From: Chloroflexota bacterium
GTDB taxonomy: Bacteria; Chloroflexota; Limnocylindria; Limnocylindrales; CSP1-4
Assembly (NCBI GenBank): GCA_042408445.1
Contig: JBHORC010000023.1
Coordinates: 83,403-147,402 of the forward strand
DNA length: 64,000 bases
Reading direction: 5' to 3'
Under the pieces are notes generated by a model that saw nothing but the letters and a program-made list of their open reading frames with translations, was not told the DNA's origin and made no database searches. How positions within the stretch are numbered: the first letter of the stretch is position 1; each line of letters starts with the position of its first letter. Positions 1-11,606 of this stretch are shown here, in pieces. The position numbers were made by a program, and so were the translations under genes.

Positions 1-64
1 GTCGGCGAAAGGCGTCGAGTACCGGCCCTAGGAGCGCACCTGGACCGCCGCGCGCGTCCTCCGA

Positions 65-784
65 ATGGTTTCGGCCACCATCGAAGCCGGCCTCGCTAGA
101 CTTTCGGCGATGACGACGATCAAACCTGCCGTGGAGCTCGCGGCGCGCGAGGGCGTGGCGCGCAGAACCGAGGAGCTGTTCCGGTCCAGCGGTGCGCTGC
201 GTGAGGGCCACTTCCAGCTGAAGAGCGGCCGGCACGGCGACGCCTACATCGAGAAGTTCGCAGTCCTGAGCGACCCGGCCGCGACCAGCGAGCTCTGCGG
301 TTTCTGGGCGGCCGGCGTCACGACGGACGACGGACCCCGGATCGACCTCGTCGCCGGCCCAACGACGGGTGGCGTGATCCTCGCCTTCGAGACCGGCCGC
401 CAGGTCGGCGTCCGGGCGATCTTCGCCGAGGAGGTCCGGGACGGCGACGGGGCGACGCATCGGGCATTCCGGCGTGGCTTCCGGATCGAGCCGGGCGAGC
501 GGGTCCTGCTCGTCGACGACATCCTCACGACCGGCGGATCGCTGCTCGCGATGCTGCCGGCCGTCGAGGCGATGGGTGGCGAGATCATCGAGTGCGCCGT
601 CCTCGTGGACCGCAGCAGCGGCGGCACGAACGTCCTCACGTCGCCGGCGACGGGCCGGACCTACCCGCTCCGCTCCCTCTGGCGCCTCGATCTGCCGACC
701 TACGAGCCTGGCGCTGCGTCCTGCCCGCGCTGCGCGGACGGCACCCCGCTCCACGCCCCGGGGAGCAGCGGGACCGGCGCTTGA
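65..784 (+). CDS. pyrE: orotate phosphoribosyltransferase
   Basis: PRPP-binding PRTase motif VLLVDDILTTGGS and N-terminal HFQLKSGRHGDAYIEKF region typical of OPRTase. Start ambiguous (65 or ATG at 110). Confidence 0.8.
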   Translation: MVSATIEAGLARLSAMTTIKPAVELAAREGVARRTEELFRSSGALREGHFQLKSGRHGDAYIEKFAVLSDPAATSELCGFWAAGVTTDDGPRIDLVAGPTTGGVILAFETGRQVGVRAIFAEEVRDGDGATHRAFRRGFRIEPGERVLLVDDILTTGGSLLAMLPAVEAMGGEIIECAVLVDRSSGGTNVLTSPATGRTYPLRSLWRLDLPTYEPGAASCPRCADGTPLHAPGSSGTGA

Positions 785-795
785 CCTCAGGAAAG

Positions 796-1176
796 GTGGC
801 GTCCACGCCGGGTGCGCGCGCGAGCAGCGCCTCCGCCCCGCTCTCGCGCCGACGGGCGATCCTCTTGTTCGCGGTCGTTCTCGGCGCGATCGCCGTCGCC
901 GCGCTCGCGGCCACGGCCCTGGGTGGGCCGGGTCGGCGCGTCGAGACGGGGATCGTCGTGGACGTCGAGGCGACGGGTCTGACCTCGGTCCAGGGATTCT
1001 CGCTCCGGACCGCCGACGGTCGAACGGTCGACTTCCGCGTCGGCACCACGGAGACCGCGACCTCGTTTCCGCCCGGCCACCTCGCCGAGCACAAGGCGAC
1101 CCTCGCGCCGATCCGCGTCACCTACGTCGAGCAGGCCGGGACGCTCCTCGCAGTGCGTCTCGAGGACGTGCGCTAG
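796..1176 (+). CDS. hypothetical membrane-anchored protein (single N-terminal TM helix plus ~90 aa domain)
   Basis: ORF frame open from 592 but overlaps pyrE; first plausible start is GTG at 796 after the pyrE stop. Hydrophobic segment AILLFAVVLGAIAVAALAATAL. No recognisable family. Confidence 0.35.
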   Translation: MASTPGARASSASAPLSRRRAILLFAVVLGAIAVAALAATALGGPGRRVETGIVVDVEATGLTSVQGFSLRTADGRTVDFRVGTTETATSFPPGHLAEHKATLAPIRVTYVEQAGTLLAVRLEDVR

Positions 1177-1195
1177 ATCGAGGGGCTCGCCGGCC

Positions 1196-2131
1196 TCAGC
1201 CGGCTTCGACGCTCTTGATTGCCGCCTCGACCTCATCCGGCGAGAACACGAGCTCGAACGACGCGGCGATCTTCCCGTCGCCTCCGACCACGAACACGAA
1301 CGGCTCGGACACGAGCCGGAACGCGTTGGTGGCCTCCACCGTGATCAGCTGGTTGTTCGCATCGAGCACGGGCTGGAGCGCGCCGTTCTGCTCCTGGAGC
1401 TGATACGGCTCGACGTTGATGAACGTCATCTCCGGATGCGCGGCAGCGACCGGCTTCAACCGATCGAGTGCCGGCCCGCACGTCGCCGACTGGCAGAACT
1501 TCGGCGTGGCAAAGATCAGGACGAAGGGCTTCTTCGCCGCGAGGGCGGCCGCTTCGGACGTCTGGTAGAAGCGCTTCTCGGGACTCGCGTCCGTCGAGAT
1601 CTTCGCGACGTCGCCGCCGACGTCCGCGAGCGTCGGGGTCCTCACGGACGGAGCCGCATCGCCTGGCGCGAGCACCTGGGTTCGTTGGCGGACGGGGAAC
1701 GAGAACGCGACGGTCGATTGGGGCGACCCGGGCGCGGCCGTGGTGAAGTCCGCCGTCCACTGGCCGGCGCTCGCGAAGGTGGCATGGCCGACGTAGACGC
1801 CCTTGACGCCTTCGACCGCCCACATGAACGTCATCGGCGTCGGCGCGACGGTCTCGCCGTTCGGCCCCCGAAACCCGATCGAGAGGGTTCGGTCGGGGGT
1901 TGCGGCGGAGGCTGTCCCGGTCGCGTCGAGAAGCGAGAAGACGACGCGGTTCTTGCCGACACCGAACTCCTGCGAGACGGCCACCGGCAGGACGGTGGCG
2001 GACCCGACGGGCCCCACGGACGAGACGGGAAGGGACGGCGACGCGGGCAGCGACGGGTTGGCCGATCCGCAGGCGGCGACGAGGACCAGCGCGCAGGCGA
2101 GTGCCGCGACCGGTCGAGCGGGAAGGTGCAT
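1196..2131 (-). CDS. thioredoxin-fold lipoprotein (SCO1/SenC- or TlpA-like)
   Basis: Lipoprotein signal peptide with lipobox (LVLVAAC-G). C-terminal domain has the thioredoxin-fold pattern FATPKFCQSATCGP, resembling the SCO1 FTxCPDxCP motif. Divergent from ctaAB. Confidence 0.6.
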   Translation of the reverse strand: MHLPARPVAALACALVLVAACGSANPSLPASPSLPVSSVGPVGSATVLPVAVSQEFGVGKNRVVFSLLDATGTASAATPDRTLSIGFRGPNGETVAPTPMTFMWAVEGVKGVYVGHATFASAGQWTADFTTAAPGSPQSTVAFSFPVRQRTQVLAPGDAAPSVRTPTLADVGGDVAKISTDASPEKRFYQTSEAAALAAKKPFVLIFATPKFCQSATCGPALDRLKPVAAAHPEMTFINVEPYQLQEQNGALQPVLDANNQLITVEATNAFRLVSEPFVFVVGGDGKIAASFELVFSPDEVEAAIKSVEAG

Positions 2132-2218
2132 GGCGCTAGCCTACGGCCGAGCGCTCACCCGCGCATCGGACGAGGCTGCGGAACGGTCCGGCGGACGCGG
2201 AACATCGGGGTGCGGCGC

Positions 2219-2224
2219 TAGAAT
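2219..2224 (+). promoter_or_regulatory. candidate -10 element TAGAAT about 75 nt upstream of the ctaAB start; no good -35
   Basis: TAGAAT hexamer in the divergent intergenic region. AGGAG RBS 4 nt upstream of GTG 2302. Confidence 0.25.
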
Positions 2225-2301
2225 GACGGCCGTCCCGAACGTGCGGTCCACCACCCTCGCGCACCTTCCCATGACCGGCCATTCGGCCCCCCAGGAGACC
2301 C

Positions 2302-4200
<1,899 letters not shown>

Positions 4201-4354
4201 GGGTCGAACCGCCCCCACGCACGTCGCCCACTCCCGCGATCCGGCCGTCTCCGATGCCGGTCAGCTCGTGGCGAACGGATCCTCGGCGGTGCGCCGAATG
4301 GGCACCGACGCACCACTGTTCCGTCGAACGCCGCATCCAGCGAACAGAATCGAA

Positions 4355-5602
4355 ATGTCTCCCCGGATAATGGGGGTCATGGAAGCGCGCGACTCCCACT
4401 CGCAGACCCCTGTCCTGATCTTCGGCGCGCACATCGCTGCGCTCGGGGTCCTGCGGATGCTCGCCCGGCGCGGTGTCCCGACGTATGTCGTCGACGACAC
4501 GACGAACATCATCACCCGCTCGCGCTGGTACCGGCCCACCCGGCCCACCCTCCAGGAGTCGAGCGATTCGACGGCGCTCGCGGCGTTCCTCGAACGGCTC
4601 GACATCCCGCGCGCGGTCCTGATCGCCTGCAGCGACCAGTGGGCCCTCGCCGTCGCCGGGCTGCCGGACTCGCTCAAGGAGCGGTTCCCGGCGAGCATCG
4701 CCCCGGTCGAGTCGATCGCGCAGCTCGTCGACAAGTCCGGGTTCCGGGCACTCGTCGACCGGCTCGACCTGCCGCGGCCGCGGACGCTCCTCGTCCGCGA
4801 TCCGGCCGATCTCGACGCCGCCTCGGATGAGGATCTTGCCCACGGCTTCCTGAAGCCGACGGAGTCGCAGGCGCACAACCGCCGCTATGGCACGAAGGGC
4901 GCGTTCGTCTCCTCGCGGGAGGAGGCCGCGCGTCTCGTGCGGGATGCGCGCGAGGCCGGGATCACGTACATGCTCCAGGAGTACATCCCGGGCGGGGTGT
5001 CGATGACCTACCTGATCGACGGATTCGTCGATCGCACGGGCGAGATCGTGGCGATGGGTGCACGGCGGCGCCTCCGGATGGATCCGCCGCGGCTCGCCAA
5101 CACCTGCTCCGATGTGACGATCCCGATGGCCCAGGTCGAAGCCGCCCTGCCCGCGCTCCGGACGCTCCTCACCGATCTCCGCTACCGCGGCATCTTCAAC
5201 GTCGAGTTCAAGCTCGACGCCCGCGACCGGACGTTCAAGATCATCGAGGTCAACCCGCGACCGTTCTGGCTGATCGGCCACATCGCGATGACCGGCATGG
5301 ACCTGCCGTGGATGGCCTATCTCGATGCCCAGGACCTCCCGGTTCCTGCCCCGACCAGCATCCAGGTCGGCCGGTACGGCATGTACGAGATCCCGGACGC
5401 GACCGCGATCCTGCGCGCCCTCGTCAACCGTCGCCGACCCGACGGGCCGGTCCTGCGGTCGTGGCTCACCGGCGACCGCGCCCTGTTCTGGTGGCGCGAC
5501 CCGATGCCGGCGGTCGCCGGGGTGTCACAGATGATCGGCCGACGGATCGGCGGTGGCCGCCGCGCGGCGCGCCGCATGGCCGGACGGGCGGAAGCCCGCT
5601 AG
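4355..5602 (+). CDS. ATP-grasp domain protein (COG3919-like carboxylate-amine ligase family)
   Basis: ATP-grasp-like core (YMLQEYIPGG, EVNPRP). Start uncertain (ORF opens at 4268; ATG at 4355 chosen). Confidence 0.55.
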   Translation: MSPRIMGVMEARDSHSQTPVLIFGAHIAALGVLRMLARRGVPTYVVDDTTNIITRSRWYRPTRPTLQESSDSTALAAFLERLDIPRAVLIACSDQWALAVAGLPDSLKERFPASIAPVESIAQLVDKSGFRALVDRLDLPRPRTLLVRDPADLDAASDEDLAHGFLKPTESQAHNRRYGTKGAFVSSREEAARLVRDAREAGITYMLQEYIPGGVSMTYLIDGFVDRTGEIVAMGARRRLRMDPPRLANTCSDVTIPMAQVEAALPALRTLLTDLRYRGIFNVEFKLDARDRTFKIIEVNPRPFWLIGHIAMTGMDLPWMAYLDAQDLPVPAPTSIQVGRYGMYEIPDATAILRALVNRRRPDGPVLRSWLTGDRALFWWRDPMPAVAGVSQMIGRRIGGGRRAARRMAGRAEAR

Positions 5603-5659
5603 TCAGGTCCGGGATGAGGTTGCGACCCGATGGCTCGGATCGCGAACAGTCCCGGCGCC

Positions 5660-6658
5660 CTACTTGATCGCGATCGGGTTGACGGGTGACCCGACGCCGC
5701 CCGTGATCGGCAGCGGCACCGCCGAGAACAGGAACTCGTAGCGGCCGTCCTCGGCGCAGTCGGCGGCGAGCGCCTCCAGGTCGAAGATCTCGCCCATCAG
5801 CAGGCCCATGTGCACGATCAGGATGATGTGCATCGGCTGGAAGACGTCAGCGGTCTGGTTCGGCAGGACCTCGAGGCCCCACGTGTCGGACGCGACCGCC
5901 GCGAGCTCGTGCTCGTGGATCCAGGTGGCGGTGTCCAGGGCCAGGCCCGGAGCGGCCCCGCCCGCATAGCTGCCCCACGACCCGGCCGCCCGGCACTGGC
6001 CGACCTGGCCGGTCCGGAGCAGGACGATGTCGCCACGGCCCACGGTCACGCCCTGGCGCTCGATCGCCCGCTCCAGATCCTCGACGTGGATCTGCTCGCC
6101 CGGCTCGAGCCAGGGGCGGTCCTGGGCGCGGGGGATGTCGAGGAGCACGCCACGACCCACGACGCGGTCGCGGAGCTTCGCGATGTCGTTGCGGATCGCG
6201 CCCTTGCTGCCGACGTCGGTCGCCGGATAGCCGTTGTAGATCATGTTGTCGAAGACGATGTGGCCGAGCGCGTCCCACTGGGTGCCCGCCTGGAGCGGCA
6301 TGATCAGCAGGTCGTCCGTGCCGCGGATCCAGCGGTCACGGCCGCCGTAGAAGTCGCGGACGACCGTCCCCGTGGCCGCGGCGTTGCCGTCGCGGATCAT
6401 CAGGTGGATCGGGTTGAACCGGCCGAACCCACCGGTCTGCGGCCCGTTCTCGTCCAGCGGGATCGCGAGCGAGAACGTCCGACCTGTCTGCACGAGCCCT
6501 GCGGCCGCCACGACGTCCTCGGGACGGATGTGGTTCAGCGTGCCGAGCTCGTCGTCGGGACCCCAGCGGCCCCAGTTCGAGCAGGCTTCGGCGATCTCCC
6601 GGACGGTGTCGATCCCGGGCTCGGCCGGGATCGGGATCTGGCGCGGGGCGAGGGTCAC
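5660..6658 (-). CDS. cyclase family protein (kynurenine formamidase-like fold)
   Basis: Cyclase-family motif QAGTQWDALGH (HxGTHxDxxxH variant). GTG start overlaps the upstream stop as GTGA. Confidence 0.7.
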   Translation of the reverse strand: MTLAPRQIPIPAEPGIDTVREIAEACSNWGRWGPDDELGTLNHIRPEDVVAAAGLVQTGRTFSLAIPLDENGPQTGGFGRFNPIHLMIRDGNAAATGTVVRDFYGGRDRWIRGTDDLLIMPLQAGTQWDALGHIVFDNMIYNGYPATDVGSKGAIRNDIAKLRDRVVGRGVLLDIPRAQDRPWLEPGEQIHVEDLERAIERQGVTVGRGDIVLLRTGQVGQCRAAGSWGSYAGGAAPGLALDTATWIHEHELAAVASDTWGLEVLPNQTADVFQPMHIILIVHMGLLMGEIFDLEALAADCAEDGRYEFLFSAVPLPITGGVGSPVNPIAIK

Positions 6659-8352
6659 AGCTCGCGGACGCGGACGCGGTCGTACCGCGTGACCGGCGCC
6701 ATGGCGTCGCGATCGATGACCGCATCGATGATCGTCGGGCCGCGCCGCTCGAGCGCCTCGGTGAAGGCTCGGCGGAAGGCCTCGCCGTCCGTGACCCGGA
6801 CGCCGTTCGCCCCGAAGGAGCGGGCGACGAGCCCGTAGTCCACGTCGAGGAACTCGTTCACCGCGGGCACGATGTGCCCGTAGAGCAGGTTCTGGACGTG
6901 CTCCTCGAAGGCGAGCGTCTGGTTGTTCAGGATGACGACGATGACCGGCAGCCCGAGGCGGACGGCCGTCTCGATGTCGCCGATGTGGTAGCCGAACCCG
7001 CCGTCGCCGGTGAGGCAGATGACCTGCTTGTCCGGCTGGGCGAGCTGCGCACCGAGCGAGGCGGGATACGCCCAGCCGAGCGAGCCGTCCGCCCGGAGGA
7101 AGTGCCGTCCGGCCGACTTCATGCCGGCGAGCGCGCCGCCCCAGGCCGCGGAGTAACCGGTGTCGGCGACGAGGATGGCGTCGTCCGCCATCAGCTCCTC
7201 GATCGTCGTCAGGATCGACTCCGGCCGCATCGGCCGTCCGTCGGTTCCGTCCTGGCTGGCGATCGCCGTCCGTCGCTCGCGCCACTCCGCGCGATCGCGG
7301 GAGAGGGCCGCGACGTGCTCCTCGTGGGCGGGCGACGGGCTGACGTCCAGCCGGTCGCACGCCTCGAGCACCGCCTCGAGGAACCGCCGCGAGTCGGCGA
7401 CGAGACCGATCTCGGTCGGGAAGTTGAGCCCGACGACGTCGGGATCGATCGAGACGTGGATGAGCGCGGCGTTGCTGCTGATCAGCTTGTACGAGTCCGT
7501 GACGAGGCCGCCGAGCGACGTGCCGATGGCAAGGACGACGTCCGCCTCGCGCAGGGCCGCGTTCGCATAGTTCCGGGAGTAGCGTCCGACGCTCCCGAGC
7601 GCGAGCTCGTGCGTCTCCGCGATGCTGCCCTTGCCGGCGCTGCTCGTGACGACCGGGATGCCGAGCCGCTCGGCGACGAGCTGCAGGGCGGCGTACGCCT
7701 CGGACTGGTGGATCCCGTTGCCGGCGAGGATCATCGGCCGCTGGGCGGCGATGAGGCGACGCACGACGGTTTCGGCTTCGGCGGCCGTCGGGGCCGGTCG
7801 CGCCAACGGCATCGTGGGCGGGACGCCGATCGGCGGCTCCTGGTAGTCGGCGATGTCGAGCTCGAAGAGATCGCCCGGGATGCCGAGATAGACAGGACCC
7901 GGCGCGCCGCTGATCGCGTGGCGAGCGGCCTCGCGAATCAGGCGCGGCACGTGGACCGGCACCGACGCCTCGACGCCCCACTTCGTCACCGATGAGAAGA
8001 GCGCGGGCTGGTCCAGCTCCTGGTATTCCCGGCGGTTCCGGTCCGCCCGGCGCATCGCCGACGTGAAGGCGACGACGGGGCTGCCGGACCAGAACGGCTC
8101 GGCCATCGCGCCGGCGACGTTTGCGGCCCCGGGGCCGTACGCGCCGTAGACGAACGTCGGCCGGCCGGTGAGCCGGGCGTAGGCGTCCGCCATGTAGACG
8201 GCGGCCGACTCGGTCCGGGTGAGGATCTGCCGGATCCCGACCGACTCGAGCGCGATCCACAGCTTGTTGTCGCGTCCGGTCATCAGGAAGAAGTGCTCGA
8301 CGCCGAGCGCCCGAAGCTCGAGCGCGACCGCCGTGGCGGTCGTCGTCGGCAT
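6655..8352 (-). CDS. thiamine-pyrophosphate-dependent enzyme (acetolactate synthase / benzoylformate decarboxylase superfamily)
   Basis: N-terminal pyrimidine-binding and central domains. C-terminal ThDP-binding motif GDGGFGYHIGDIETAVRLGLPVIVVILNN. Start at ATG (MPTTTATAVALELR...); an alternative GTG at 8451 would add a 33-aa low-complexity N-extension. Confidence 0.75.
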   Translation of the reverse strand: MPTTTATAVALELRALGVEHFFLMTGRDNKLWIALESVGIRQILTRTESAAVYMADAYARLTGRPTFVYGAYGPGAANVAGAMAEPFWSGSPVVAFTSAMRRADRNRREYQELDQPALFSSVTKWGVEASVPVHVPRLIREAARHAISGAPGPVYLGIPGDLFELDIADYQEPPIGVPPTMPLARPAPTAAEAETVVRRLIAAQRPMILAGNGIHQSEAYAALQLVAERLGIPVVTSSAGKGSIAETHELALGSVGRYSRNYANAALREADVVLAIGTSLGGLVTDSYKLISSNAALIHVSIDPDVVGLNFPTEIGLVADSRRFLEAVLEACDRLDVSPSPAHEEHVAALSRDRAEWRERRTAIASQDGTDGRPMRPESILTTIEELMADDAILVADTGYSAAWGGALAGMKSAGRHFLRADGSLGWAYPASLGAQLAQPDKQVICLTGDGGFGYHIGDIETAVRLGLPVIVVILNNQTLAFEEHVQNLLYGHIVPAVNEFLDVDYGLVARSFGANGVRVTDGEAFRRAFTEALERRGPTIIDAVIDRDAMAPVTRYDRVRVREL

Positions 8353-8642
8353 CGGGCCGGCGGGTGCGGGCGCGGCCGCGGGAGCAACTGGCGATGCCCC
8401 GTTTGCGGTCGCCGGCGAGGCAAGGTTGGATGAAGGCGGCGTGATGATCACTGGTCCCCTCGAGTTGCGCGCTGGAGCCCTGATTGGGGGGTACGGCGGG
8501 GGGTGCTGTCAATGGTCCCAGCCGGTCTCGGACGGGAGTCCCGGTGCCCTCCGGCACCAACCTCTCAGGCTTGCTGAAGTCTGGGGATTTCTGGTGCAGT
8601 CCGGCCCAAGTACTCTCGCCGAACCAGATCAACGGAGGATGA

Positions 8643-9623
8643 ATGGACGTCGAAATCGGGCGCGAACGGTACGAGGTCGTGGACGGATTCTTCCGCCGTC
8701 CGAAGGGCTGGACCTTCGTCGAGGTCGCGGACGTCGGCGTCGATCCAGACGACAACGTCTTCGTCTTCTGCCGCGGCACCCATCCGGTGATGATCTTCGA
8801 CAAGGAAGGCCGGTTCCTGGACGCCTGGGGGCAGATCGGCGGAGAGGACGCGTTCACCTTTCCCCACGGCCTCAGCGTCGGCGCGGACGGCTTCGTGTAC
8901 ACGGCGGACAGCCGTGACCACAGCGTCCGGAAGTGGACGCGCGACGGACGCCTCGTCCTCACCCTCGGCAGCCCGCACCAGAACGCCCCCGCCTTCGGCG
9001 GGAAGCCGTTCAACCGGCCGACCCATGCCACGGTCGCGCCAAACGGCGACATCTACGTCAGCGACGGCTATGGCAACGCCCGGATCCACTGCTTCAGCCC
9101 GGACGGCGAGCTGAAGTTCTCGTGGGGATCGCCAGGCAGTGGGCCGGGCGAGTTCAACACGGTCCACAGCGTGTTCATCGACGGCGACCGGCTCTACGCC
9201 GCCGATCGGTACAACAACCGCGTCCAGTGTTTCACCCTCGGCGGGGAGTACCTCGGCGAGTGGGGCGGGCTGCGCCTGCCGCAGAGCGTGCGGAAGGGAC
9301 CGGACGGCCGCTTCCACGTGGCCGAGCTGTCGCACCGCGTGACCGTCCTCGATGCCGACGGGAACGTCGTCGCGCGGTGGGGCGACGGGGTGCCGACCGA
9401 CGAGTTCGAGACCGGCGGCGTCGCGTTGGCGCGGCCCGATGCGCCCTCGCGCCATCCAATGGTCCGCGGCCGGGTCCAGAACGACCCGGGAGCCGGCCTG
9501 TTCTGCGCGCCGCACGGGATCGCGGTCGACTCGGAGGGGAGCTTCTACGTGGCCGAGGCGTCCGAGTCGTGGATCGGGCTGGACCGCGGCAGCCGGAGCA
9601 TCCAGAAGTTCGTCCGGCGGTGA
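8643..9623 (+). CDS. NHL-repeat six-bladed beta-propeller protein (peptidylglycine amidating lyase-like)
   Basis: Repeated (V/I)YV(S/A)D...N-R(V/I)..F motifs typical of NHL repeats. Strong RBS GGAGGA before the ATG. Confidence 0.7.
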   Translation: MDVEIGRERYEVVDGFFRRPKGWTFVEVADVGVDPDDNVFVFCRGTHPVMIFDKEGRFLDAWGQIGGEDAFTFPHGLSVGADGFVYTADSRDHSVRKWTRDGRLVLTLGSPHQNAPAFGGKPFNRPTHATVAPNGDIYVSDGYGNARIHCFSPDGELKFSWGSPGSGPGEFNTVHSVFIDGDRLYAADRYNNRVQCFTLGGEYLGEWGGLRLPQSVRKGPDGRFHVAELSHRVTVLDADGNVVARWGDGVPTDEFETGGVALARPDAPSRHPMVRGRVQNDPGAGLFCAPHGIAVDSEGSFYVAEASESWIGLDRGSRSIQKFVRR

Positions 9624-9698
9624 CCTGAGCCGCGCCGGTCGCACCGGTGCTGGCAGCCCCGGCCGACCCTTCCCGGCCGTCGCTGGCACACTCCGCAG

Positions 9699-11447
9699 AT
9701 GGACCTCCATTTTCTCGGCGGTGCGACGACCGTGACCGGCTCGCAGTACCTCCTCGACACCGGGCGGGCCCGCGTCCTGATCGACTGCGGGATGTTCCAG
9801 GGCAGCCCCAACGAGGCGATGCGGAACCGCGTGCCGTTCGCCTTCGATCCCGCGACGATCGATGTGCTGCTCCTCACCCACGCCCACCTCGACCACTGCG
9901 GCCTGATCCCGCACCTCGTGAACGAGGGCTATCGCGGCCGCGTCATCGCGACGCGGGGGACGTGCGAGCTCGCCGAGCTCGTGCTGCTCGACTCGGGCAA
10001 GCTCCAGGAGGAGTTCGCGAAGCGCGAGGCGCGCTGGGAGCGGAAGCACCCGGACCGTGCCGAGGAGGACGACCGCAAGGAGCAGGCGGCGTACCAGGAG
10101 GCGCTCGACGTCGCAGCGGGGAAGATCCCCGCGCCGCCGCTCCACGAGCACGTCGACGACGCGCCGCCTCCGCCGGCCGAGGCGCCGGCGTCGCCCGCGT
10201 CGTCCGCGTCCGCGCCGCCGTCCGTGCCTGCCGCCCCCACGGCCCCTGCCCGGTGGATGCCGCCCGCAGGTGACCTCGAGGCCGATCTCCGCGCCCAGCC
10301 GCCGCAGGTCGAGGTCGACCTGGACGCGCCGCTCTACACCGCCCGTGATGCGGAGCGGGCGCTGCAGCAGTTCGACGGGATCAACTACGGCGAGGAGCTC
10401 GAGGTTGCGCCGGGCGTCCACGCGACGTTCGTGGACGCGGGCCACATCCTCGGCTCGGCGATCATCCGGGTCCGGATCGAGGCCGGCGACGGCGGCCCCC
10501 GCGCCGGCTCACAGGGCGGCTCGCAGGGCCGCTCCGCCGGGGATCGGCCCGCCGGCCCCGAGCACGAGACCACGATCGTGTTCTCCGGGGATCTCGGCCG
10601 CCCGGACACTCCGATCATCCGCGACCCGACCGTCCAGTCCGACGCCGACTACGTCCTCGTCGAGTCGACCTATGGCGGCCGCGAGCACGAGCCGGAGGAC
10701 GAGGCGATCCGCGTGCTTGCCGAGACGGTCCAGATGGTCAGCGACGCCGGAGGCGTGCTCCTCGTCCCGTCGTTCGCGATCGGGCGGACCCAGGAGATCG
10801 TCTACGCCCTGGATCGGCTCCTCGAGGAGGGCCGGATCCCGCAGCTGCCGCTCTACCTCGACTCGCCGATGGCCTCCAAGGCATCGGATATCTATCGACG
10901 CCACGCGGAGTACTTCGACGACGAGACGCGGCAGCTGCTCCAGAGCGGCGACTCGCCGCTCGACTATCCGGATCAGACCGAGACGCGCGACGTGAAGGAC
11001 TCCCAGAAGATCGCCCAGGCGCCGCGGCCGTACATGATCGTCGCTTCGAACGGCATGCTGACCGGCGGGCGCGTCCTGGGCCATCTCCGGAACCTGATCG
11101 ACGACCCGGCGGCGACGCTGCTGTTCGTCGGCTATCAGGGCGAGGGCACCCTCGGCGCCCACCTCCAGGCCGGCGCGACGACCGTGAAGCTCGACGGGAA
11201 TGTCCGGACCGTCCGCTGCAAGATCCGCTCGATCAGCGGCTTCAGCGCCCACGCCGACGAGAGCGAGCTGCTCGACTGGCTCCGCAACTTCGCGGCCGGC
11301 CGTCGGCCGGGCGAGGCCGGCTTCCCGCGGACCGTCTTCCTCGTCCATGGCGATCCGGAGGCCCAGATCCTGATGGAGCCGAAGGTCCGGGCGCTCGGCT
11401 TCGAGACGAGGATTCCGCACTGGCGGGAGGTCGTCTCGCTGCCGTGA
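9699..11447 (+). CDS. MBL-fold metallo-hydrolase, beta-CASP RNA-metabolising family (RNase J/CPSF-like)
   Basis: HAHLDHCG metallo-beta-lactamase motif. beta-CASP and C-terminal motifs (SGFSAHAD, VHGD). About 150-aa Pro/Ala-rich insertion after the HxHxDH motif. Confidence 0.75.
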   Translation: MDLHFLGGATTVTGSQYLLDTGRARVLIDCGMFQGSPNEAMRNRVPFAFDPATIDVLLLTHAHLDHCGLIPHLVNEGYRGRVIATRGTCELAELVLLDSGKLQEEFAKREARWERKHPDRAEEDDRKEQAAYQEALDVAAGKIPAPPLHEHVDDAPPPPAEAPASPASSASAPPSVPAAPTAPARWMPPAGDLEADLRAQPPQVEVDLDAPLYTARDAERALQQFDGINYGEELEVAPGVHATFVDAGHILGSAIIRVRIEAGDGGPRAGSQGGSQGRSAGDRPAGPEHETTIVFSGDLGRPDTPIIRDPTVQSDADYVLVESTYGGREHEPEDEAIRVLAETVQMVSDAGGVLLVPSFAIGRTQEIVYALDRLLEEGRIPQLPLYLDSPMASKASDIYRRHAEYFDDETRQLLQSGDSPLDYPDQTETRDVKDSQKIAQAPRPYMIVASNGMLTGGRVLGHLRNLIDDPAATLLFVGYQGEGTLGAHLQAGATTVKLDGNVRTVRCKIRSISGFSAHADESELLDWLRNFAAGRRPGEAGFPRTVFLVHGDPEAQILMEPKVRALGFETRIPHWREVVSLP

Positions 11448-11606
11448 CCGGCCGCGAGGCGCCCACGCGCGGAGGCGCGGCCGCGCCGGTCACCCGCGCC
11501 GACCCAGTGCGCGCCGGACGCAGGCGTCGTCGCACGGCGGGGAACGGCGGGTCCGCGTGATGGAACGTCGAGGGCATTGGAATCCGGGCGTGTGACGATC
11601 CCGACC

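Noticed and set aside
5660-9052. 1130-aa ORF on the minus strand
   Set aside because: Only the C-terminal 332 aa (cyclase, 5660-6658) is a real gene. The middle is out of frame with the true ThDP-enzyme gene (6655-8352), and the N-terminal part is antisense to the NHL-repeat gene with Arg/Pro-rich low-complexity translation typical of high-GC antisense frames.
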